From Balanoglossus misakiensis (lineage: Eukaryota > Animalia > Hemichordata), in NCBI GenBank assembly GCA_040954595.2, contig CM082592.2, forward strand, positions 8,543,677 through 8,607,676: a stretch of DNA of 64,000 bases, in the 5' to 3' direction. Made by a program: the position numbers and the translations under genes. Each line of letters starts with the position of its first letter. Positions within the stretch are counted from its first letter, which is position 1. Positions 53,784-64,000 of the stretch are shown here, in pieces. The notes under the pieces were generated by a model. The model was not told the origin of the DNA. It was given only the letters and a program-made list of their open reading frames with translations, and did no database searches.

Positions 53784-54281
53784 CCATCTGATTAGTCTCA
53801 CTTCCAAGTATGAGATCTACCCCCATTTCCCTTTACAGAGGTCCAACTCCCCAGAAAACAATTTGGAACAATCAATGGTGGTAAAAAGGTTAAAGTTATG
53901 TCTTCATGCTTGATGCAAGCGAAGTCAATCTTGAAAGTGTGTGTGTGCTGTCTTTTCTCCCTTGTACAGAGACTTGTAATTTTATGAGCAACTGTATGAC
54001 AAGAATGATTTCATTGCATACTGTGAACAGTGTCCATTTATTGTCTACATCAAAATACACTTGATAAGTGAAATGGAAGATGGTGAATGCAATGCATTGC
54101 TTCAGCAGTTTTGGTTTGATGTCCAGTTATGATGGCAGGAAATTACGACAGACATGCACACTCATAGCAGGCAGTCAAGTACCGGTAGTAATGCTATTGA
54201 CCATATATAGATCAGTCCTCCCATAGCAAATAAAGGTCAAACTGGACAATTTGAGTGGTTTCAGTCAGTTTTTAGAATTTC

Positions 54282-56603
54282 CTACTCCGCAAGTGCCGTC
54301 CTATCGATCTGCTGGAAACTTTTCAGTTGCGGTAGTCTGTAGCTTTCCTTCATTTGGCCGATGACGGAGTCATGTACACGTTTCCCTGTTTTCCCATCGA
54401 CTGGGATCGGCGGCGACAGTTCTGGGTTGGTTCCAAAGAGATTCTTCAGCGAGACCCTGGCAGCTTGGTCTTCAGCTTCTAATACTGATGCACCTGGAGC
54501 TTGGGTTTGAAGACAGAAAAAAAATCCATGACGAGAGTGTAAGATTCTCTGTCTGAGCAATGGTATCAAGCTAATATCATGACACTAACACAGGCAGACA
54601 GACCAAAAAGCAAGCATCAATTCCCCTTGCCATACAGCAATGTAGCCTAATAGAACGTTTCTTATGGCTGTTGTCAACGACACCAATCCTCACTTACCAA
54701 AGCCAAGCAATTTCTTGTCACTGTAGATCCCAACCATAAACATTGGTACCAGAGTGGATGAACCTGTCTGTCTGATCATTCTGTGTGGTGAACAGAGTCA
54801 GGAGTGAGTTTTCCAAGTGATAGAAAGCATAGCAATTTGTGCAAGGCTTCACTGCATGTCTGAGTGATGGCTCTGGATTGATAGATAGACAAACACATGC
54901 ACAGACGCTCGTAGCCCAATCCTGGACTATGAACGAGTTGCCATACCTTGCTTCTGGTGACCCTTGACCTTTGTGTTCTAATATTTCCACAAGCATGCTC
55001 ATGGGGTCTTCAATTTCCCACGAATCATTGATGTCTTTGCCAACCAGTTGTGGAAGGAACATATCACGAACAAACACACCAGTCCTATCAGCTCCCTGGT
55101 ATTAAAAATAAAGACAAATTGGATGCAACTGTTTGGCTACAAAATTTTTAATATATCCCCCCGCTGAATGGAAGACATACGACCCGTTTCTAATTGGCAT
55201 CAATTAAGGTTTCAAACTAACCTGTTCCAGGAGAGCTCCAATCACAGCATGAAATGTCTTCTGGATAACTCCCTCTGGATATGGATAAACCTACAGGTAA
55301 CACAGAGTACATTTTATAAAAAAAATTATAAACAATTGTAACAGATCTGATTGATTGTAAGTTTATAAATCTAGGGTCTGTACTTACTGGATACTGGATG
55401 AGATCTTCAACTCCAAGATTGCTGCCAATGTTTGATGTGACCTCCACTCCTACCAGATGATTGCTCACAGAACTGCAAAGGAAATTGTACGACAGGTGTT
55501 CAGTTAGCTATCATCTTTATACACTAATAATGCATGAGAAGTCTGTTACTTACACACAATTCATATATAACCATGCAAATCCGTCTGACTCTCTTGCCTC
55601 AGTAAACAAGCTCTCAAAAAAACCCAATCAAAGTTACATACTTACCTAATGCCATCTTCTGGAAAGTGTGGATACACTACTCTCAAATATGCCTTGATAT
55701 ATTCTGATGCAAAATCTAACCCTGTGGTAAAAAAGGAAACATAGAATAAGATTTATATCACGAAATATTTTTTTCAAATTGCAGATTTGGCGACAATGTC
55801 TGACCATTTTAATAAATCAGCAAAACTTCTCATTGTTACTGTACCTAATTCTGCAAGTTCTTCATTATCTGGTATATTGAGTTCAGTCTGTCCACTCTCC
55901 ATTCCCAACTCTTTTCGCTTCTCCGCTTCCTGCTGCACAAACTCTCTGTGAGTGAAGGCAATTCTAAGCGTGTCTTCGTTGAACTCTTCGCCCAGTCTTT
56001 TACCGAAGGCATACAGCTCGTTGTTGTAATCCCTGAGTCAGGTTAGAAAATCAATGCATGGTTGACGTCAATTTTCTTATGATAGTGCATATACCCTGCT
56101 GTTTTCTGTAGCACTATTGTACTACACTGCACCCCTTCATGTATGTATGATGGTACTGGATCAAAAGATTTCACTCTTACCATGGCAACTCGGCATGTTC
56201 TGATCTTGGTACTGGAGGAGGTACTCCAAATTTCCTTTCGTGTTTTCTCTTCATTTTCTCCAAGTACCATGTGTATTTCCTGTGTTGAGTGGATCCATTG
56301 CGAACTTTGACCTCTGAGAAAAGACAATTCATTTATTTCATCTTTTCTCATTCACACACACACACCCAGCATTTCTAGATGTACTCCCCATGTATGTACT
56401 GCAGAACCATAGTGAACATTGCAGTAAGGCTAGCCTAAATAATGGCTAAAAACAAATAAACAAAAACTGCGCATAGCTCTTATCTATAATATACCTGTTA
56501 TGATGGGTACCGATGTCCTGAGGAGCGTCTTGCCAACAATTCGTCTCAAAATTGTGTTTCTAGATAGACACACACATGCACATGTACACCTAACGGCGGC
56601 CAT
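54282..56603 (-). CDS. MRPL44: Mitochondrial ribosomal protein mL44, 369 aa; complement(join(54282..54499,54698..54780,54947..55095,55222..55290,55388..55472,55646..55721,55845..56032,56181..56313,56495..56603))
   Basis: Arg-rich N-terminal presequence; PPPVPRSEHAELPWDYNNELYAFGKRLGEEF...LRIAFTH; FVRDMFLPQLVGKDINDSWEIEDPMSML; PEARMIRQTGSSTLVPMFMVGIYSDKKLL; PGASVLEAEDQAARVSLKNLFG match the MRPL44 RNase III-like/dsRBD architecture. Nine exons, all GT..AG, total 1110 nt in frame; minus-strand AATAAA at 54037-54042. Confidence 0.94.
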
Positions 56604-57079
56604 TTTGACTTTCTCACAGCGCCCTCACTGGCAAAGGGAGCAGCTGCTTTCATAGAAATCTATCACTCATCATTCTGGGCAAATTTTGTGTGCACTATGT
56701 AGAAATTAAGTGTGTACTCATGAAGTTTATCACACAGAAACAATGGTTGGTTTAATGTAGAACCTTTATTATCATTCTCTTCATATTCAGGATGCCTTCA
56801 GATCTGTAATTATCAGGCCAAAATGTTTCCAAATTTATATAAAAAATATACTAATAGCGAAAATCACAACTGCGTCCCACTGGTCCATTTAGATTACTCC
56901 AGTTGAAAGTTCACTGGGTATAGACCATGTTCGATGTCTGTCTCTCATATGTGCACTACAAAGATCCAGCTTTTGACACCTCTGGAAGCACCTTTAGAAT
57001 GAATCTTCACATCATTGAAGTAGACTAGTCTTTTTCAAACGGACACGTGCACTCCTTTCAAATTCTGACAGCCAATAGT

Positions 57080-57877
57080 TCAGGTTTCTTGGTGGGGAAG
57101 CGGCTTGTGCCAGTCTTCGGGCGGAGATGTCCTGAACTCCCAAACTGGTGGATACTTTTTCTTTTCTTCTTGTCTCCGTACTTCTCCTTCTATTAGCCTT
57201 TCCTGTAATAAAAGAAAGTTATGTTGTTTCGTTGTTGTTGTTTTCAATTTTAGGCACTTTAAGTTTGTGTTGACAATCCCATCATTCATAACTCATTCCC
57301 ATAATAAATTTCCAAAAAAATTGAGTAAATTTCTTTTAACATAAAAAACTTTAAATTCACCTGAGCTTCTTCATCTCCTGTTTTTTCCCAGATTTTACAA
57401 ATTTCATAATCCAGTTTCACTTGATCACAATTTTGTGATTTGCCATACACGTAGAAGGAATGGATCCAATTGCCAATTGCTGCAGAGATAAACACAACCA
57501 TTTTAAAAGTCAATATTGCTCCAGGGTCTACTACATGTATGTAGTATGTTCTCAGATAAATATTGACAAGTTGTTAGCCGGCTAAATACTAGACTGCGTT
57601 CTTGGTGATGTACAATGTAACCATGGTTACTAGATGTACGTAATGTACTATATATAGAAAGCCGGATGACACTTACATCTACAATCATCAAGTCTTCTTT
57701 TGTAAATCGAACAATGCGGAATATCCTGAAAAGAATAAGAATGAAGAATCAGATCAGCACGATTGCACCGATGGCTAACATTGCCTTGTAAAAAATAAAA
57801 GTCACAGAGCTCGAGCACAAAACGTATATTACCTGTCGCCTTGATTTCGAGGCATGACCCTCACTGGGGATCTCCAT
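57080..57877 (-). CDS. C22orf39: UPF0545 protein C22orf39 homolog, 111 aa; complement(join(57080..57202,57361..57479,57677..57725,57833..57877))
   Basis: MEIPSEGHASKSRRQ/DIPHCSIYKRRLDDCR/SIGNWIHSFYVYGKSQNCDQVKLDYEICKIWEKTGDEEAQ/ERLIEGEVRRQEEKKKYPPVWEFRTSPPEDWHKPLPHQET*; two Cx9C pairs, HxxYVxG and VWxxRxSPPxDWxxPLP match C22orf39; minus-strand AATAAA at 56765-56770. Confidence 0.9.
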
Positions 57878-57879
57878 CT

Positions 57880-57960
57880 TGAATCTCGTGTTTTCTCGCG
57901 ACAGGCTCACTTCCGGGTCGACGCGTCAGCGAAGTAAGAGGGAAAGTCGGAATTTGGGCA
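57880..57960. promoter_or_regulatory. Probable bidirectional CpG-rich promoter (C22orf39 / downstream + gene)
   Basis: TCTCGCGACA (near TCTCGCGAGA motif, 57894), ETS site CACTTCCGG (57908) and GACGCGTCA (57920), between divergently oriented genes. Confidence 0.5.
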
Positions 57961-58513
57961 AAACAAACCTAAATATTGGTGTAATTCTTCAAAGGCCGGA
58001 GCTTGAATGACATTTTAAGGTGGGTTTATAATATGGTTGGTCCCACTCTTGCGTGAAAGATGAATAACGATGGGAATGACTCGACGAATCGGCGAGAATT
58101 TCAGTCTGTTGACGTTGACGTAGTGTGTTAACTGTAACTTGCATTTTCGTGCGTTAGCACTCTTACATTTGATAATGACCTATAGTATTCACACTTAATT
58201 TTAAATTTGGTCACCAGAACACAATTTTGACCTGATATTATTACTCTTTATTAACATTGGCTGTCAAAGCACAGTTGTTCAAAGACCGGAGCTGACGCGT
58301 TGGCACTTTTTCAGTGCCAGCTGATGTCACGGGGTCACGTCACTCAATCGCGTTGCAATGAAACATTTAAAAACGGTCAGGCTTCGAATATTCCATTGTG
58401 GACCGTGGCACTTTTCAGGCCACACATGTAGAGAGAGATTTACATACTGTCCATATTACATGGCATTACAGCCGTGGGACTTTCGTGTGGCCATTGTACA
58501 TGTAGGTACATAG

Positions 58514-58537
58514 CATGGAGGTACTAGTACCTCCATG
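58514..58537. mobile_element. Minimal hAT-like palindromic MITE with 8 bp TSD
   Basis: Perfect 24 bp palindrome CATGGAGGTACTAGTACCTCCATG flanked by direct repeats GTACATAG (58506-58513 and 58538-58545). Confidence 0.6.
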
Positions 58538-59276
58538 GTACATAGGTACATAGGCAACTGTGAATTCCATAAGTTGTATGGCCTCAATGTTGGGTGTGGT
58601 CCCAGAAACAGTGTCAACAGAACCTTCCCTGAATAGCACACAGTAGTTTACATGTTTAAATGTATCACTCTTAGACTAGACTGTATACATTGATCAGAAC
58701 CAGGGATCTCTCTGTAACTAAGGAGTCTGCTTTGCAAAACTTGATTTTGTGTTTAGAGGATAGACTCTGTTAGGGATAGGGAGACTCTGTTATTTGTTGT
58801 TGATACTTACACTATGGCTGTTGGTAACAACAGTCTCAAAGTTATGGTCCATAGATTAATATGGAACTTGTATTAACAGCAAGTAACGGTTCGCTCTCTT
58901 TACTTAATTTCCATTGTAGTGGGACAAATCAAACAAGCACTTACAACAAGTGACTAGTTCAAATGCAAATTCCATGTCTCAGTGTCTGCCTGTTGCATTG
59001 TTTTGGACAACAATTACATTTTATGTGAGTAAGGAATGAATGGGACACTTTGCGCGAGTTCATGTCTCAGGGGAATTCGAGTGAGTCTCTGTAAAGTCTT
59101 AGAATTCAATGGTACATGTATTGTGAGAAATTTATGTTGCAGATATTGCATATTGTGGTGAACAAGAATTTGTTTCCCTTTGATGTCACCCATAAGTTAC
59201 GATTTTTTACTGCTTCTTTTCCAGCTGATGGTATGGTAGGAATGCTGACCACCATGCATGGCTGGGCCATGATGTG

Positions 59277-62200
59277 ATGGACCCAGTCTATTCCTTGATA
59301 GAGGAAGAAATTACACAGGAGAGTGACTACACATTGCTGAACCAAACCCCAGTGGCAGACTTGGACTCGTTTGATTTTCTGGTCGCCTACGACACAGATA
59401 TACAGCGCTGGCACAGACGAAGGAGACAAAGCAACAGCTCAGGAGACAAGGACACTTATGTGAATTTGAGTAGTCTGAACAAGAATCTCAAGACTGCACA
59501 GGGGTCTGACGTTAAGCCCATTGAAAATCCTAACAATTTCAATGGTAGAAATCATTTTGAACATACAAAGTCAGAAGGTCTCTCAGCAGCTGGGACTGTT
59601 TTAACTCCTAAGGAGTCTAGAAAAGACCATTCACACCTTGAACAAGTAGCTAAAAACTCACTCTCTCTGATAAGAGAAATCGCCAAAAAGACCCAACCCA
59701 AGACTGATGCTTCTGGCACTGTGTCCTTGAATGACCCCAATTGTGTTAGGGTCAAAGGTCACATGTCAGAGACGGGACACCTAACAGATTCTGATTCTGT
59801 GGTGAGTGGTAGCGGGGGTGAGGGCGGTTCTTTGGGTGTTTATCGCGGGGTAGCGGTTGGTAGAGGTTTGGATTCCCCCTCGGCGCTTAGTCAAACCAGC
59901 GGAGGCAGCAGGAGCTCCAGTTTCAGCTTCCTGAGCTACAACCAGGCCGACTCGCAGCCGGTCCACTTCGACACCAGCTACTTCCCGCAGCGGGATCTTC
60001 ATCACTTGGCCGAAGAGGCCAAGCGGAGGCGCGCAGCGGCGGCAGAGAATGTGAGCCGAAGCTCGACCAGCTCCGTAGGTAGCGGTGACGGAATATCCTC
60101 GGGGAGTAGGGGCGTCGGGAGAAACACACCCAGTAGGAGGGATAGCCAGGACAGTTCGGTTTTCCAACCCATCATCTCGGAAGAAGAAGCCCTTAGTGAT
60201 ATAACCTTAGACGGCGAGCCTTCCGAGCAGGTGATACCCAGAGACGGTCGCGGGCGGGTGAATAAACAGAGAGAACCTGCAAAACAGAGTGTAGAGGAGC
60301 TCTCCAAAGAGCTCAGTGATCTAGAGAAGGAAATTAAACGACTGGTGGTGGATTTGTCAGTAACAGAGGCAGAGTCCACCGACATCGACATAGGACTAGA
60401 AGATATAGACTCGACAGAAGGAAAACATACTGGCACAAACGAGAACATGGAGGCTGTAATGCAACCAGCTGGGCAAGAGGACATTAGCAGCAGACTCAAT
60501 GGTAAGATACTATGTCACAGCATTCCTGGTGAAAGCCATAATACTCCTGGTTGAAACTGCTCCTGAATTACATGTAGTCGTAGACTAGGTTCTATGTATA
60601 CAGTAAAACCTACAAGGGAGAGTGTCACACATATACTGTACTGAATATTGTTTGTAAAAAAAACTAGATCAACCACACATGGTTGAACTAGTGAGTATTA
60701 AAATTCAATTATAAAGTACCGTACATTGTATGTCTATGCTAGCGGGGAGCTACCATGATGCTAGCAAAAACTGGCGGTCATTTATTCAGCTTTGTAACTA
60801 AAATTATAACTGAGTATTAATATATGTATTCAGGCTGAACACTCACAACAGGATGTATATGTATAATGTATGGGTGTGTCTTTTTTCTGTTCTGAATTTG
60901 GTATTAGATCAAATATCTCAGAACATCCCCGGTTATCTCTGCCAGATATCTAACTTTGGATATAGGTAGATTGTTTTTGGACATAATCAATGCAAAGATT
61001 ATTATCTGTTGTGGTTACATAAAACAGACAGCTCGTTTGGAGTCAGCTAGAACTGTCGCCATTGTGTCGTGTATGCATGCATATTATATGCATGATTTCG
61101 TGGCATGGAATCGGAAAATTCCTGGTTGAGAGGTCAGAAGTCTTCATGACGCTCACACTGATAAAATATGCGTTCCTTCAACCGACCATGTGGTTGTGAT
61201 TTCTGTGAAATGGAAGAGCTACAAGAGAGGTTAAAGTACATCTACCCCAGTTGGCATTGGAATGTGATAATATCAAACAACCCTAGCCAGAGTTTAACTG
61301 TATGTTTATACCCTGGCTTGTGTTTTTATTTCAGGCACTGAAGGAGGAGATCTGCATAGTGGTAATGGCTCAGAATCGCCAGACATATACAAGAATGCCA
61401 ATGTAGACGTCTCCAAACTAGTAAATACAGTTATTGCAGGTAAAACGCCACAACTTTATCACTTTTCTGCGTTATTTTCCTCACTGTAATTTCTGTAATA
61501 TTTGTGGAATGTTGTTAATTAATTTATGGTCATTGACACCAAGTAAACTCTACCTCAAAATGGGTGTCAACACCTTAGCTTAACCCTTTCACCGCTATGG
61601 ATCATTCCAAACCCATTGTTTTCTATGGTAAAGTTGGACCTCTAAAGAAGGAACTGGGTGTGAAAGGGTTAATGCAGCACAGTCTCCCATATGAATATAC
61701 ACACACACATCAGTAAAAAAAGGTAACAGTAAGAAATTTAAAATGATGAGGATTTCACAGCCTACAAAAATCCATACAAATATAAAAACCCCAAAGACAT
61801 TCGATATAATAAAATGACAGCAGACATCTATACAATGTACATTACTGGTTGCACCTGTACTAGCATGTGTGCATTTCTACAAAGAGCACTTAGCAGCTTA
61901 AATTAATCCTGTCACAAATGGCGATATTTGGATTGGACAGTAAAAATAATCACAACCTTTCATTTCCTTTGTTAATTTTAGCTTTTAAGAATCAGTTTTG
62001 GGAAACATTCCGAGTGACGTCATTGTTGGTAGAGATATATAGGGATTGTGTATTTGTTCATCATTTGTTCATTTGGTTATTCACTTAATAGGTTTTCATA
62101 GTTTGCATGTCTCAATAAATTTAATATTTTTTTATCTTTAATTTTAATTCTATACACGAAAACATTTCCTAACGCTGTGGGTGACGAATCGAATCACCTT

Positions 62201-64000
62201 TGGTGTGTAGCTGTACATTTTCATCAATGAAACTAACAGCTGTCATTTTCTCTACTCTACAAATACATCTCGACCTCCCACACGACGCTTGACATTTTAT
62301 AAAGACGACATGAGATCTGCTGGTAGTAGTCAGAGCGGAGATCGCCCTCTATCAGCAGGGTCAACCAATGAAACGTTGCAAGCACTAGCTCGTACATCGG
62401 GATCACTTGCATTACAACAGTCTTCCATAGGTAACCCAGCAGACACTGTTCAGTCGATTTCTGTCACAGTCACACACACTGTCTTCTCACCCGCTCTGTC
62501 CTACCATGCCACTAACAATTAAAAGCCACGGCAAGCAGTTTGTAGTGTTTTAGCATTGCATGCACTCATTTTCTGCTCATCGGCATCTGGGCATTTTAGG
62601 AACATGTCATAGTCAGATGGTTCTGCTGGTTACCATGGGATTTATTCAAAGGTGTGCTAGGGTGACGTCTGTTTATAAATATGAAACAATCATGCATGTT
62701 CATTGTTCATACCAGACACATCACAGTAAGTTTGGACGGTGATGCCAGACCCATGCCAGACTATACTACCTTTGAATGAAGTTCCAGTTTAGGTTCCCGC
62801 TTGACACTTACTCTAACTCTAACCCTAATGCTAGTTGGTGAGTGGGAAATATCCCAGATGGTAAATGTCCAGGGGGAGTGTCCTGATATCAGGAATACAA
62901 ATTTACCATGTCACCTTTTCATGTAACATTGGTACTAGTACAAAACTGTACAATATTCTCCTCACATTGTTCGGGCTCTTCCACGGTGCAACTAGTACAC
63001 ATCATTCGGGAATGGCTGTAGTCAATATATTGGAGAGGATCTCAGTTTGAAAAATGTGGTTTCTGAAGTAGAAACTCGGGGGACATTTCTTGTCCAAGCC
63101 TCATTGATACTGTAGATGTCATGCATGGCAGATACAAAATGTATGTCGCATGGTGGCTTAGTTGTAGGATAATGCATTGCTGCTACAGCTGTGTTCGCCT
63201 CAGGGAGCTCTGGTACAGTGTTGGTTAATTTGCATGTATGATGATGATACAATTAACTATGATAATTAGACCCAATTATTTTACCCAAATTATTAATGGT
63301 TATTAGTATTTGACCATTTCTTTGACATTCATGTTTGAAACTGGTGTCTGTCACTCTGTGTTCAGAATCAACATTTCCCACCTCATGTTTTGACTACATT
63401 CAACACGTCATGTTGTCACGTAGAAATAATCCAATCCTCACACAATCTTTATGTAGAAGAATGAACAAAATGTTTTTTTCATAACATGCTATCAGGCAAC
63501 CCTAACATCAAGCCAGCTACTGCAGAGCAGATTGCAACGGTGATTGCCAATGCAGAGAGAGAGTACAGAGAGAAGAAACAGCAACTCCAGCAGCAGCAAC
63601 AACAACAACTCCAGCAGCAGCAGCAGGCTGCGGTAGAAACTCAGATAGTGACTGATGCAAGTGATGGGACCAGCAATAATACTGAGGTAACTTTCGTAAA
63701 AATACATTGGTTGTAACTGGCTTTGAGATCATTTATAAAACTGAAGTAGACTTAAGTTTTTTCCCTCCGTTTCCCCCTCTGAAAATTGTGTACTTAATCT
63801 GAACTGTAAGTTTTAAATTAATGCTCCACATTTTTGTCTTCTAAAACATTGCAATGACTATATTTTACAGTTGGCGGGTAGTGTCCATGAGCCACCCACC
63901 AAATTACCTGCGCCTGAATCATTCAAACCTCTACAGACGCAACCTGATATCGGTAGTGGGGGAGATGAACTGTCACCTGACCTCGGGGCACGGACACCAT
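59277..64000 (+). CDS. Unidentified multi-exon protein, N-terminal part (disordered, coiled coil, poly-Q); join(59277..60501,61335..61439,62305..62430,63496..63686,63871..>64000)
   Basis: 408-codon first coding exon (acceptor at 59224, donor GTAAGA at 60502); four further open exons with matching phases (1-1, 1-1, 1-0, 0-); coiled coil VEELSKELSDLEKEIKRLVVDL; Q-rich tract ~63579-63626. No recognisable domain in the window; the 62305 acceptor is weak. Confidence 0.8.
61584..61668. mobile_element. Short piggyBac-type MITE (85 bp), intronic
   Basis: TTAA|CCCTTTCAC...GTGAAAGGG|TTAA; TSDs at 61580-61583 and 61669-61672. Confidence 0.7.

Noticed and set aside
55638-55647. Second ATACTTACCT (U1 5' end)
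   Set aside because: It is the reverse complement of a consensus MRPL44 splice donor (AG|GTAAGTAT); no U1 body follows.
59552-60499. Minus-strand ORFs up to 165 aa
   Set aside because: Antisense shadows of the large plus-strand coding exon.
62806-62830. Telomere-like (TAACCC) run
   Set aside because: Only about three degenerate units; not an interstitial telomere.
1-64000. CRISPR arrays, prokaryotic defence systems, autonomous transposases or reverse transcriptases
   Set aside because: No repeat-spacer array and no such ORFs; the DNA is spliceosomal-intron-containing animal sequence.

Overview
Eukaryotic, intron-containing, AT-rich animal DNA; the gene set and the U1 flanks suggest a marine invertebrate deuterostome (inference only). 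There is no prokaryotic system, CRISPR array or autonomous transposon. Left half: three tandem minus-strand genes whose whole CDS lies in one exon, each encoding a PTB/PID adaptor (LDLRAP1/ARH- and FAM43-like) with a very different disordered tail. Right half: a yippee-like gene (YPEL1/2/3-type, +, 4 coding exons, long putative 3' UTR), a solitary intact U1 snRNA gene, MRPL44 (-, 9 exons), C22orf39/UPF0545 (-, 4 exons), and a divergent unidentified multi-exon gene (+) that runs off the window end. Several non-autonomous DNA transposons are present (two near-identical Kolobok-type MITE copies, PIF/Harbinger-type, piggyBac-type, a minimal hAT-like palindrome), plus microsatellites and many RFX X-box palindromes. 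The best candidate for something undescribed is the PTB adaptor cluster. Exon structures were reconstructed by hand from GT/AG sites and frame continuity; family calls come from remembered sequences, not database searches.
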